In this document: piece after piece, positions 1 through 13,195 of the stretch
Layout: every line of letters starts with the position of its first letter
Position numbering within the stretch: position 1 is the first letter of the stretch
DNA from: Octopus sinensis
Taxonomy: Eukaryota
DNA: 64,000 nt
Direction of reading: 5' to 3'
Assembly (NCBI RefSeq): GCF_006345805.1
Contig: NC_042998.1
Location: 61,194,001 to 61,258,000 of the forward strand
Translations under genes and position numbers: made by a program
The notes under the pieces: model-generated
What the model saw: the letters and a program-made list of their open reading frames with translations, nothing else
Database searches by the model: none
Told to the model about the DNA's origin: nothing

Positions 1-117
1 ATTGCCAGACCAGACTGGAGCCTGGCACAGCCACCTGGCTTCCCAGACCCCGGTCGAACTGTCCAACCCATGCTAGCATGGAAAACGGACGTTAAACGAT
101 GATGATGATGATGATGA
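1..117 (+). mobile_element. 3' end of RTE-related SINE/LINE with (GAT)n tail, truncated by window edge
   Basis: cagactggagcctgg...ccaacccatgctagcatggaaaacggacgttaaacgatgatgat matches the 3' end of the RTE copies at 8074-8750 and 13661-15544 (opposite strand). Confidence 0.8.
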
Positions 118-319
118 AAATATGTATGACGAGCTTCTTTCAATTTCCATTTACCAAATTCATTCACACATAAAAAACTTTTCTTTCATTGTGTTAGACA
201 AACAGTACTGCCCACTCCCCAAAAAAAAGAAAAAAGAAAAAAGTATTATATTGCCCCAGTGCCTTGTATCATCATTTTTATGTGACAGAATGTTCAAACA
301 CGGTTATTTAATCCATGGA

Positions 320-325
320 TTTATT
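320..325 (-). terminator. Candidate polyadenylation signal of the death-domain gene
   Basis: AATAAA on the minus strand about 160 nt downstream of the TAA stop at 485-487; motif only. Confidence 0.35.
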
Positions 326-385
326 TTGAAATATACATTCATAAAGTTTTTTTTCATGTAGAAAATGAGCAATGATCAGTGAATT

Positions 386-425
386 TATGATTTAATGCAT
401 TCCAGCCAGAATGCATTAAATCATA
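386..425. other. Perfect 17-bp inverted repeat (hairpin, 6-nt loop) in the putative 3' UTR
   Basis: TATGATTTAATGCATTC-cagcca-GAATGCATTAAATCATA. Confidence 0.9.
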
Positions 426-484
426 GGTTTCTGTCTGGCGAGGATTGGCCTGGGGCCAAACAACATCTGCATTTACTCAGAAAT

Positions 485-690
485 TTACTTTTTGCCTGAT
501 GGTAGATATTTAAGTGCAGGCAAACAGTTAGCATTTTCAAGAGCTTCTCTGAGTATTTCAAATGTATTTGTGTTACTATTGCAGCGCGTAAGCCATGTTT
601 CTAGCATCTGAAAGCTCATTATTATATCGTTATTACCATTATCCTTGTCGATATTTGTTAGGGCATCAGTAGCAATGCCCAGAGAGATAC
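485..690 (-). CDS. Terminal coding exon of a death-domain protein (C-terminal two thirds of the DD)
   Basis: Acceptor tattttgcag|, phase 1; reads GISLGIATDALTNIDKDNGNNDIIMSFQMLETWLTRCNSNTNTFEILREALENANCLPALKYLPSGKK*; DD hallmarks LGI, MLETW, TFEILREAL; joins seamlessly to ...KWDLV of the upstream exon. Confidence 0.88.
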
Positions 691-1499
691 CTGCAAAATA
701 CACAAAAACAAGAACTAATTGCAACAACATTAGCAGTAATATAAATATAATAAAGAAACTTTATCAGTAGAGAAATAAGCATTGTTAAGAAACATGAACA
801 GTATAAGACATTGTTCTCAGTTTTTAAAGATGTTGATAAAAATAACAGAGGTTGAAAGAAAGGATGAAGGTGGAGAAGAAATGAAAGACAAATTGAAAAT
901 TACTTTTGGGAAAATTTTTGGTAAACAAATGGAAGGAAAAGTGTTTGTGTAGGCAAAAGTGTATCAGAGCCAAAAGAATCAACATAGATCATTAACAGTT
1001 ACACCATTTGCTCCTAACATTGAAGATCACCTGATAACATCACATTATCAATTCCTGAAAAGGGCATATGTAATGCCTCTCCTTCTCTGGCTATTTAATA
1101 TTTATAACATATCAACATGTAGACAGCAGGGATTAGACTACCAAACAATACTAGTAATATTGGCTGCAGCAAGACCAATGAAATACGAATATGATACCAG
1201 AATAATCTCAGCTACACAAAATGCAAAATATAATATTGTCTGATAGACATCGTATATTATAAAACACACTAGCTATAAACATGAACTAGGGTTCATGACT
1301 CATAGGAAATTTTGCTCTGGATCAAGGCCACAGTTTTATAGAGAAGTTGATAATGGAGAGGTCTGAAAGGAAACCAAGCAATGAAAAGAATTTTAGTTAA
1401 CAGGAAAGAAGACAGGAGTCACCAACATCTGGACCTTACATCTACAACAGTTAGGTCCTGAAGGAATCACTGCATCAATCAGTATCTTTATCATCTGGA

Positions 1500-2085
1500 G
1501 AGTTATCATATTTGACATGCAAGAAAGGTGGGTGGGGGTGGGGATAGGAATTCTATATGGCGTACCCATTATACATTAGAGGTATAGTTGGATCAGAGGT
1601 AGATTGACAGAGCGAAAGCACTTTGTATGTAACATTTTAGTTAGAGAAAAAAAAGTTAAGTGAAGAATGCACTGAAAGCTATTATGTTCACTGGCAACTA
1701 AGGGATTCCATGCCTAGATGAAGAGTAGATTGTATGATGTTTATTTGTAAAGTGTAATGCTGCATTGAATGCGGAGGATGTATAAAAACTGACAAGAAAT
1801 AAGGTAAGCATACTTCACTAGAAGTATGTTAGTATGAAGGAATGCTGGAACTAAGATGAGTTGGAAGAAAATGTGGATCTCAGAAGAATCAGAGATAGTG
1901 CACAAAAGAGATGATACAGATATAGAAGGAATATGGAAGATAAAGGTTCCAAGTGGAAAGAACCTATAGAAAACGATGGAGGAAGAGATGGAAAAGCATA
2001 GCAAAAGTTAATCACAACAGTTATGCTGGAGAAGTTGTCTAAGACTGACAAACATGGAAAAATGGACATTAAGATGATGATGATA
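1500..2085 (+). mobile_element. Highly degenerate RTE-clade LINE 3' fragment
   Basis: Remnant translation KGFHA*MKSRLYDVYL*SVMLH resembles the RTE ORF2 C-terminal region; ends in catggaaaaatggacattaagatgatgatgat, the same tail as the younger RTE copies. Confidence 0.55.
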
Positions 2086-2417
2086 ATTATGAACTGATGT
2101 TGGTGAATTGGTTTTACCCTAGTATATGACTGGTACATTCTGTATCAATTTCAAAAGCATAACAAGTCGACAATGTCATAGATAATGCCTTCACATACTT
2201 TCAATAAATCATTGATATAAGCTGATTGAGAGGATACTGTATTGATTCCCTGTGTCAAGGGTCAACAGTTCAAATCTAGCCCCAGCACTGCTCTCTGTCC
2301 CTGATAAACACAACTCTCTATAGTGCAGTCTACCTAGATGTAGATAGGTGCAATAGGGAGGTACAAGATATTGATGTAAATAATAGGAACATTGTATAAA
2401 TAATATTTTATGCTGTA

Positions 2418-2840
2418 AAGGTGGTGAGCTAGCAGAATCATTAGCACGCCAAGTGAAATGCTTAGCGGTATTTCGTCTGCCGCTACGTTCTGAGTTCAAA
2501 TTCCACCGAGGTCGACTTTGCCTTTCATCCTTTCAGGGTCGATTAAATAAGTAACAGTTATGCACAGGGGTCGATATAATCGACTTAATCCATTTGTCTG
2601 TCCTTGTTTGGTTTGTCCTCTCTGTGTTTAGCTCCTTGTGGCTAGTAAAGAAATAGGTATTTCATCTGCCATTATGTTTTGAGTTAAAATAGTGCTGAGG
2701 TCAATTTTGTCTTTCATCCTTTCAGGGTCAATTAAATAAGTAACAGTTACGCACTGAGGTTGATGTAATCAACTTATTCCCTGTGTCTGCCCTTGTTTGT
2801 CCCCTCTAAGTTTAGCCCCCTGTGGGCAATAAAGAAATAA
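2418..2840 (+). mobile_element. tRNA-derived SINE with tandemly duplicated 3' part
   Basis: ggtggtgagctagcagaatc head, gagttcaaattcc B-box-like motif; body cctttcatcctttcagggtc...aaagaaata present twice. Confidence 0.75.
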
Positions 2841-3039
2841 ATATTTTATGTTATTATACTTTCAGACAAGGAGAAATGCTATATTGCGATCTTCATGCCT
2901 TTCTAGATTGCATTTTAATGTAGAGGGGAGTGAAATGATTTCAACCAAGAAAGAAAATCAAGTTGAGTTTACATCAGTTAGGATAATTATTTTATAACTG
3001 GTGTTTCATTAAATGAATAGAATCCACCCATGAACATAT

Positions 3040-3225
3040 GTGGCACTCCATCGGTTATAATGACAAGGGTTCCAGTTGATGCCATCAATGGAACAGCCTG
3101 CTTGTGAAATTAACATGCAAGTGGCTGGGCACTCCACAGACACACATACCCATGATGTAGTTCTCGGCGAGATTCAACATGGCACAGAGTGTGACAAGGC
3201 TGGTCCTTTGAAATACAGGTACAAG
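3040..3225 (+). repeat. Dispersed repeat fragment
   Basis: ggcactccatcgg...gaacagcctgcttgtgaaattaac...gtgtgacaaggctggtcctttgaaatacaggtac recognised from memory as an abundant octopus repeat; not database-verified. Confidence 0.55.
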
Positions 3226-3676
3226 AGAAACGATACATTTGATAACATGCTCCCACACACAAGTCAGGGGTTTCACACTTAGAAGACTTTTTATCATATG
3301 TCAGCCAGATGACAATAGACATCTGGTTAAATAACACTAACTTATCGACAAACTCAGAAAAAAAGGTAAAACAAACAAAAACATTACCATTAACCCACCT
3401 GCTTACACCAACACAACGGTGTATTTCAGTTCCCAATTCCAAAAGACAATATCAACTCTATTGTGTTGTTTCATTTATCAGTATTACCAACCATGCTAAC
3501 CTCTGTAGATATTTTATGAAATTTTAGTAATATCAGTACCTTTTATAGAATTACATTACAGTTAATCTTTCAATTGGAAATTAGGAATGGAACCAGTTCA
3601 CAGACGTTCTAGAAAACAAAAGTTCAACTGTACGTAACTCTTATAGAAACCAATTAAGTATTCTTATTTTATACAC

Positions 3677-3727
3677 GTGCTAAACTTTCAACCAACTTTA
3701 GATCCTGCTTGCTCAGGTTTAGATTCT
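3677..3727 (-). pseudogene. Degraded copy of DD exon 1 (51 nt)
   Basis: tatttcag| ENLNLSKQDLKLVESLA; has lost the 18 nt encoding KWDLV and the donor is reduced to GTGTAT. Confidence 0.7.
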
Positions 3728-4226
3728 CTGAAATATTTAAAGTTTTACACTTTATAGTTAAATTTCTATATCTCTATTGGAATTTATATTTTATTGTTGT
3801 GAGATATTCCTATCATTAATGGTCAACTGGTGACCACTGTGATTTCAGTCAACATTTTTATACTTTCTACAGTGGTACCATGTAATAACTTGATATCTAG
3901 GTCCACAACAGAGCAAACTAGACTTCCTAAATCTCCTCTCTATATTAAGACATCCTACTTAATCTAACAATGTTGCAATTATCTCATTTATTTACCACTT
4001 GCTAAGGATTTTTATCACTTAGTTTTGTCTTTCATTAATTATATTTCTGTCATATCTATGATATGCCGTTGTCCTCTGATGTCTAGACTTTACTAACCAA
4101 TATTCTTCTCATCATCAGCTTAATTCCAATGTCAACCAGGGCTTGACCATCTAAGATCTAGCCACAAACACATGACACACCACTTCAATTAGGATCATCA
4201 TATACCTGCTCTCTCTCTCTCTCTCA

Positions 4227-4260
<34 letters not shown>

Positions 4261-4790
4261 TTCTCTCTCTCTCTTTCTGTTAAAGGTTGCCACTGGTAAT
4301 CTTGAATTTTAACTACCCACATTACAGTTCACCAGAATGTCATCTGATTCTTGAAATATTTGAAAACATTTACTTGTCATTCATCCTCCTTAATAAAGCA
4401 GTTTCTTTTTAGGTGAGCAAAGATTAGTTCTACACAGGTGAAATGGACAGTGGTAATGTGTCCTCAAATACTGAGCATTTGCAATCAACGTCATAAACAA
4501 CATATAACCGATCATCCATATATTGCAACGAAAGTATCTGGAGTGATACAAAAGAACTGATTCTCAAGAATATAGGTTACCTATATTTAAATCTCATCTA
4601 TACATCAAACAAAGTTATATTCCCCTTTGATATCTCCTTTATCAACGTGGTTGGGATTTTAGTAATATTAGTACCCTTTATAGAATTACATTACAGTTAA
4701 TCTTTCAATTGGAAATTAGGAATGGAACAAGTTCACTGATTTTCTAGCAAACTTATAGAAAACAATCAAGTATTCTTATTTTATACTTAC

Positions 4791-4862
4791 CAACAAGATC
4801 CCACTTTTGTGCTAAACTTTCAACCAACTGTAGGAGATCCTCATTGGTGAGTCTTACAGCTT
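4791..4862 (-). CDS. DD exon 1, copy B (72 nt, phase 1-1)
   Basis: tatttcag|...|GTAAGT; EAVRLTNEDLLQLVESLAQKWDLV, DD helices 1-2 with conserved Trp. Confidence 0.85.
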
Positions 4863-5875
4863 CTGAAATATTTAAAGTTTTACACTTTATAGTTAAATTT
4901 CTATATCTCTATTGGAATTTATATTTTATTGTTGTGAGATATTCCTATCATTAATGGTCAACTGGTGACCACTGTGATTTCACTCAACATTTTTATACTT
5001 TCTACAGTGGTACCATGTAATAACTTGATATCTAGGTCCACAACAGAGCAAACTAGACTTCCTAAATCTCCTCTCTATATTAAGACATCCTACTTAATTT
5101 AACAAAGTTGCAATTATCTCATTTATTTACCACTTGCTAAGGATTTTTATCACTTAGTTTTGTCTTTCATTAATTATATTTCTGTCATATCTATGATATG
5201 CCGTTGTCCTCTGATGTCTAGACTTTACTAACCAATATTCTTCTCATCATCTGCTTAATTCCAATGTCAACCAGGGCTTGGCCATCTAAGATCTAGCCAC
5301 AAACACATGACACACCACTTCAATTAGGATCATCATATACCTACTCTCTCTCTCTCTCTCTCTGTTAAAGGTTGCCACTGGTAATCTTGAATTTTAACTA
5401 CCCACATTACAGTTCACCAGAATGTCATCTGATTCTTGAAATATTTGAAAACATTTACTTGTCATTCATCCTCCTTAATAAAGCAGTTTCTTTTCAGGTG
5501 AGCAAAGATTAGTTCTACACAGGTGAAATGGACAGTGGTAATGTGCCCTCAAATACTGAGCATTTGCAATCAATGTCATAAACAACGTATAACCGATCAT
5601 CCATATATTGCAACAAAAGTATCTGGAATGGTACAAAAGAACTGATTCTCAAGAATATAGGTTACCTCTATTTAAATCTCATCTATACATCAAACAAAAT
5701 TACATTCCTCTTTGATATCTCCTTCATCAACGTGGTTGGAATTTTAGTAATATTATTTCCCTTTATAGAATTACATTACAGTTAATCTTTCAATTGGAAA
5801 TTAGGAATGGAACAAGTTCACTGATATTCTAGCAAACTTATAGAAAACAATCAAGTATTCTTATTTTATACTTAC

Positions 5876-5947
5876 CAACATGATTCCACTTTTGTGCTAA
5901 ACTTTCAACCAACTGTTGGAGATTCTCCTTGGTGAGTCTTACATCCT
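5876..5947 (-). CDS. DD exon 1, copy C (72 nt, phase 1-1)
   Basis: tatttcag|...|GTAAGT; EDVRLTKENLQQLVESLAQKWNHV. Confidence 0.8.
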
Positions 5948-6427
5948 CTGAAATATTTAAAGTTTTAGACTTTATAGTTAGATTTCTATATCTCTATTAG
6001 AATTTATATTTTATTGTTGTGAGATATTCCTATCATTAATGGTCAACTGGTGACCACTGTGATTTCAGTCAACATTTTTATACTTTCTACAGTGGTACCA
6101 TGTAATAACTTGATATCTAGGTCCACAACAGAGCAAACTAGACTTCCTAAATCTCCTCTCTATATTAAGACATCCTACTTAATCTAACAAAGTTGCAATT
6201 ATCTCTTTTATTTACCACTTGCTAACGATTTTTATCACTTAGATTTGTCTTTCATTAGTTATATTTCTGTCATATCTATGATATGCCGTTGTCCTCTGAC
6301 ATCTAGACTTTACTAACCAATATTCTTCTCATCATCTGCTTAATTCCAATGTCAACCAGGGCTTGGCCATCTAAGATTTAGCCACAAACACATGACACAC
6401 CACTTCAATTAGGATCATCATACAACT

Positions 6428-6475
<48 letters not shown>

Positions 6476-7717
6476 ACTCTCTCTCTCTCTGTTAAAGGTT
6501 GCCACTGGTAATCTTGAATTTTAACTACCCACATTACAGTTCACCAGAATGTCATCTGATTCTTGAAATATTTGAAAACATTTGCTTGTCATTCATCCTC
6601 CTTAGAAAAACAGTTTCTTTTAAAATGAGCAATGATTAGTTCTACACAAGTGAAATGGACAGTGGTAATATGCCCTAAAATACTATGCATTTGCACTCAA
6701 CATCATAAGCTACATATAACATATCATCCATATATTGCAACAAAAGTACCTGGAATGGTACAACAGAACGGATTCTCAAGAATATAGGTTACCTCTATTT
6801 AAATCTCATCTATACATCAAACAAAGTTACCTTCCCCTTTGATATCTCTTTATCAATGTGGTTGGCATTGATAGGGTAGTAACCAAGAAACCAGAAAATT
6901 TGAGGACTCGGAACTTACACCTGTGTAGCAGGGTCTGATTGACAGAAACTGTCTGGTGATGTTATTGTTAATATAAGAACAACATGAAAAAGAATATCTA
7001 ATCCCATTCATGTTACCAACGTTATACTACATTTATCACTGATGTTAATTAAGACCAACTAATTACAAAATGTCACAGTAATGCTTTATAAAATATACCT
7101 AAATAGTATCATAAATATACAGAAATGTTTCACATATTGTTTTAGGAGACAATAACATCTGGACCTTATTGGACTATAGAAGTCAATAATGCCAGTTTTT
7201 AGAGAAGTGGTTCTGTGCCCAAGAAAAACTGTAGAATAACTTACACAGATGGTAATAAGATATAAATCTGTTGGGTGAGCGTAAAAGATGATGCTACGAT
7301 AAAATCAGGTTAAATTTCAGACATACAAATGTAATTCAGTTAATGAATAATATCTGATTCATTACCATGTTAACAGGTTGTATATATAATACAAAAAAAC
7401 ACTGTCTGACATGCAATACAAGATATCTATATAAATTGTACATAATCTGACTAGAAAATAAGTGACTTTCATTACAGTGAATATGATTATGTCTCAGCAC
7501 AGATCTATATAGTAGAAATTTCATCATCATCATCATCATCATCATCACCATCATCATATTTGTCGTCGTTTTCATTTAATATCTGCTTTCCATGCTGAGG
7601 TCTGAATGTGAGGTCTTGCAAGCCTGAAGGCTCCTATCTGATCTGATATACATGCATACATATATATGCATATATATATATATATGTGTATGTACATATA
7701 TATATATATATGTATAT

Positions 7718-7750
<33 letters not shown>

Positions 7751-8073
7751 CATATATATACATATATATAAATACATATACATATACATACATAAATATA
7801 TCACAGTGAATGTATTAACTCACTTTACAATAGCGATTTTATTGTTTCACTTTTGACAAGTAATACTGAAATAGTGTAAGAGATAAGAGATTGCTCCAGG
7901 ATCACATTAGGCTAGAAGTTGAAAATTTGTTTGGCCCATGACACTGCATGGACCTTAAGTAAGGAATGTGTGAAATTTGAATGAAGTCAGTTGGGTAGTT
8001 CTCGAGTTTTAGAGTTGCACACATACAGACAGACAAACATTTACACACACACATACATGCATTCTCAGTTATA

Positions 8074-8750
8074 TCATCCTCATCATCATCATCGTTTAAC
8101 GTCTGCTTTCCATGCTAGCATGGGTTGGATGGTTCGACTGGGGTCTGGGAAGCCAGGAGGCTGCACCAGGCCCAGTCTGATTTGGCAGTGTTTCTACAGC
8201 TGGATGCCCTACCTAACGCTAACCACTCTGTGTGTGTAGTGGGTGCATTTTACGTGCCAGGTGAGGCTGGCAACAGCCACGATCGGTTGGTGCATTTTAC
8301 GTGCCACTGGCACAGAGGTCAGTAACTGCGGCGCTGGCAATGGCCACGTTCGGATGGTTCTTTTACGTGCCACAGGCACTGGTGTCACAACTGCAATTTC
8401 CATTGATTTTTGAATGATTTCGATTTTGATTCCGATTTCACTTGCCTCAACAGGTCTTCGTAAGCAGAGTTTTGTGTCCCTAGAAAGAAAGTTATGCATA
8501 AGTGGGCTGGCTACATCCAAGGTAGAGTCCACAGGTTATGGCCTCACTTGTCATGCCAGGTCTTCTCATGCACAGCATATTTCCAAAGGTTTCAGTCACT
8601 AGTCATTGCCTCGGTGAGACCTAATGTTCGAAGGCCATGCTTCACCACATCGTCCAAGATTTTCCTGGAACTACCTCTTCCACAGGTTCCCTCAACCGCT
8701 AGGGTGTGGCAATTTTTCACACAACTATCTTCATCCATTCTCGCCACATA
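8074..8750 (-). mobile_element. 5'-truncated RTE-clade LINE
   Basis: Minus translation EDSCVKNCHTLAVEGTCGRGSSRKILDDVVKHGLRTLGLTEAMTSD (RTE ORF2 C-terminus), 3' UTR and (GAT)n tail. Confidence 0.85.
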
Positions 8751-9248
8751 ACTGAAAAATCTGACATCTTCATGTGATGATAAATCAAAAAGAACTTCTG
8801 GAGAACAATTTTTAAACAAATGAAATTATATTTAACAATATTTACCACTTAAATACATGTGCAGTTGAGATTTGTTATTGAATCTCCTAGATTAGAAAGC
8901 TGAAAATGATGTTCTTATAAGTACTTTTGACTTTAATTATCACACTCCCAAGATGTTAATACATCATTAATCATCTCTGTTGGCTCACAACTGACAGTCA
9001 CTCAGTCTTGTCATTCTCCATCTCTCTTTCAAATCACCATTCTTATCCTCGTTTTCTCAAAACTTTCACTCCCTTCTTTCTCATTATTCTTCTATCATCA
9101 CTTCTCAATGTATCACATTGAATGGAAAAACAACATCATAAAAGCAGTAAGAACTGATTAAAATTATGGGATGCAAGAAAACTGACCAATGCTAGTGCTC
9201 ATGGGAAAACTGATCGAAATCAATTTGGTACTTCAGTTTTATACTCAC

Positions 9249-9338
9249 CATTATCAACATCATCAATTTCATCATCTCCACCATCATCATCTTCTTCATT
9301 ATCATCATCAGATTTGACTGAGGGCTGGTATTGATGTT
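9249..9338 (-). CDS. Acidic cassette exon, 90 nt, phase 1-1
   Basis: ttacttactag|...|GTGAGT; EHQYQPSVKSDDDNEEDDDGGDDEIDDVDN. Confidence 0.72.
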
Positions 9339-10659
9339 CTAGTAAGTAACACAATCTTTGATTATTGGATTCTCAAGATGTTAGTAAATCATTAACCATC
9401 TCACAAATAATTGTATCTTAGCTTCAACCATTCGGTCATGTCATTCTCCACCTCTCTTTCACGTCATTGTTCTTATCCTCATTTTCTTGTAACTTTCAGT
9501 CCCTGCATCCTCATTATTCTTCCGTTATCACTTAAAGTTCTCAATTATTCAACATGTCTTCATGATTGTAAAACCACATCAGAGAGCAATGAGAATTGTA
9601 TAATATTATGAGATGCAAGTCAACCTGACAAATCCTAGCACTATGAGAAAATCATCATCATTGTCACCATCATCATCATCGTCGTTTAATATCCACTTTC
9701 GATGCTGAGGTCTGACAGGGCTGGTATGCCTGAAGGCTGCACCAGGCTCAAATTTGATCTGGTATGTATGCATATGTATGTAAAAATACATATACATGCA
9801 TATATATATATGCATATATATACATACATATACATACATAAATATATCACAGTGAAAGTATTAACTCACATTAAAATAGAGATTTTATTGTTTCACTTTT
9901 GACAAGTAATATTGAAATAGTGTAAGAGATAAGAGATTGCTCCAGGATCACATTAGGCAAGAAGTTTGGCCCATGATACAGCATGCTAGCACTATGAGAA
10001 AATGGCCCCAGTACACATTTGTAAGTGATTGGTGAATGAGAGGAGACAGCGTAATTTTGAGTGGAACCTTCAATCTAATTGTGAACATTGGAGTCTGGTA
10101 CTGCCCCTCGGCTTGCCAGCTCCGGTCAAACTGTCCAACCCATGCCAGCATGGACAATGGACGTCAACTGTAGGTAAAACTTATTTATGATGATGTCTTT
10201 CGTTTAATATCTGCTTTCCATGCTGACATGGATTGGACGGTCTGACTGATGTCTGGCATGGCAGAAGGCTGCAACAGGCTACAATCTGATCTGATATGTA
10301 TGCATATATATGTAAACATACATATACATGCATACATATATATGCATATATATAGAAATACATACATAAATATATCACGGTGAATGTATTAACTCACATT
10401 ACAATAGCAATTTTCTTGTTTCACTTTTGACAAGTAATACTGAAATAGTGTAAGAGATAAGAGATTGCTCCAGGATCACATTAGGCAAGAAGTGGAAAAT
10501 TTGTTCGGCCAATAATACAGTATGGACCCTAAGTAAGGCATGTGTGAAATTTGAACGAAATCAGATGGGGTGTTCTCGAGTTTTAGTGATGCACACATAG
10601 AGACAGACAGACACACACACATTTACACGCACCCATACATGCATCCTCAGTTGTATATA

Positions 10660-11686
10660 TCTTTATATATATAAAACTGAGAATGTGTGTCTCTCTGTCT
10701 GTTTGTGTGTTTCCCTAAAACTTGAGAACTACACAACTATTTTCATTCAAAATTTACATATGCCTTACTTAGGGTCCATGTTGTGTCATGGGCAAAAAAA
10801 AAATAAACGTTCAACATCTTGCCTAGGGCGAGCCCATAGCAATATCATATCTTCTCCACTATTTAAGTATTACGTGTTAAAAGTGAAACAAAAACATTTC
10901 TCTATTTTATGTCAGATACTTTCAATTTAACAATAAAACTAATAATAACAATTGAATTATATGTAGAAAGTAATAATTAAAATCAAACTAAAGTATAATA
11001 TAATCGTAACATAACAAAAGTAAAAATAGCAATTGGTATAAAATTGCATCAACGATTTGAACTTGAATAAGGGGTTTCACATGAATGGGATTAAATTAAA
11101 AATAAAATTAGCGTGCAGAAATGGAATAGTCTAGATGGATAATAAAAAATTAAATTAAAGAAAAGACTATTGTCTATAAAGTATACAATGTAGAGAAAAA
11201 AGATTTGAACACATGTAGGAAAGCACCTTTGAAAAGTGTCTTGGTGCGACTATGAAAGATGTCTAATCAGAAGCGGTAAATTCGCCACAATAGAAGCAAG
11301 GTTCGAGTCAACGGAGCGTCCAAGGGAGTACTCGACACAAACTTGCAAAGTGGAAATATTTTATTTTTACCTTTATATCTGGGATGTAGGACGTCCCGGA
11401 AAAAATTTAAAATGTTCCTCCAGAAGTAGAGGTAGGCTGGATTGTAGCCACACTTCTATACAAGAGGGAGGACAAGATACAATTGATCAAAATTACAAGA
11501 GACGGGCTAACAATTCCAGTCTGTTATATATTTTGAGTATTGTTATCACTAGTGATATCAAGATATAACTTTGTATTTTGTATTTTATGTGTAGATGTAT
11601 ATATATAGATGTACATGAAATATGTACACATATATATACACATGCACTAGCACTATGACCCGGCAATGACGGGTCTTTAATGCTAG
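10660..11686 (+). mobile_element. Non-autonomous Helitron (family A), copy 1
   Basis: A|TC 5' end (TCTTTATATATATAAAACTG), 3' hairpin GACCCG-gcaatga-CGGGTC 7 nt before CTAG|T; empty site visible in other monomers. Confidence 0.85.
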
Positions 11687-13161
11687 TATATATATAGATT
11701 ATAATACATATTCTAGCCTGAGACATCCTGGGAAGATACTCCTGTGAAATATGATATCTCATATCAAACATCAGTCAACTAAAAAATCTGACATCTTCAT
11801 GTCATGATAAATCAAGAACTTCTAGAGAACAATTTTTAAACAAGAGAAATTATCTTTAACAATATTTACCATTTAAAAACGTGCAGTTGAGAGTTGTTAT
11901 TGAATCTCCTACATTAAAAGGCTGAGAATGGTGTTCTTATAAATACTTTTGACTTTAATTATCACACTCCCAAGATGTTAATACATCATTAATCATCTCT
12001 GTTAGCTCACAACTGACAGTCACTCAGTCTTGTCATTCTCCTCCTCTCTTTCAAATCACCATTCTTATCCTCATTTTTTCTGTCATCATAATACAAAAAA
12101 AACACTGTCTGATATTGCAATACTTGATATCAATATAAATTGTATAAAATCTGACCAAAAAATAAGTGACTTTCATTACAGTGAATATGATTGTCTCAGC
12201 AGAGATCTGTATTGTAGAAGTTCCATCATCATCATCATCATCCTCATCATCATCATAATCATCATCACCATCATCATTATCATCATTATCATCATCATCA
12301 TCATTATCACCTTCGTCATTGTTGTTTAATATCCGCTTCTGATGCTGAGGTCTCACTGAAGGCTGGCAAGCCTAAAGGCTGCACTAGGCTCCAATTTGAT
12401 CTGATATGTATGCATATGTATGTAAACATATATATATTTGTATACATATATATGTATATATATACATACATAGATATATCACAGTGAAAGTATTAACTCA
12501 CATTACAATAGTGATTTTATTGTTTCACTTTTGACAAGTAATACTGAAACAGTGTTAGAGATAAGAGATTGCTCCCGGATCACATTAAGCAAGAAGTTGA
12601 AAATTTTGATTGTAAATATAAGAACAACATGAAAAAGAATATCTAATCCCATTCATGTTACCAACGTTATACTACATTTATCACTGATGTTAATTAAGAC
12701 CAACTAATTACAAAATGTCACAGTAATGCTTTATAAAATATACCTAAATAGTATCATAAATATACAGAAATGTTTCACATATTGTTTTAGGAGACAATAA
12801 CATCTGGACCTTATTGGACTATAGAAGACAATAATGCCAGTTTTTAGAGAAGTGGTTCCGTGCCCAAGAAAAACTTTAGAACTTCTTACACAGACGGCAA
12901 TAAGTTTTAAACCTGTGGGTAAGGGTACAAGATAATGCTATGACAAAATAAGGTTAAATTTCAGACATACAAATGTAAATCGGTTAATGAATAATATCTG
13001 ATTCATTATCATTTTAACAGGTTGTATATGTAATACACAAAAACATTGTCTGACATTGCAATACTAGATATCAATATAAATTATATATAATCTGACTAAA
13101 AAATAAGTGACTTTCATTACAGTGAATATGATTATGTCTCAGCACAGATCTATATTGTAGA

Positions 13162-13195
<34 letters not shown>

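Larger units (their letters stand above)
3523..6855. repeat. Tandem repeat, ~1.09 kb x 3, each unit carrying a copy of the first DD exon and a (TC)n tract
   Basis: Units start near 3523, 4659 and 5743; long stretches are nearly identical; (TC)n at ~4209, ~5343, ~6429. Confidence 0.92.

Noticed and set aside
4400-5530. Plus-strand tttcttttcag|gtgag and ctacacag|gtg motifs suggesting an antisense gene
   Set aside because: No sustained plus-strand frame, and the motif is lost in the third repeat unit
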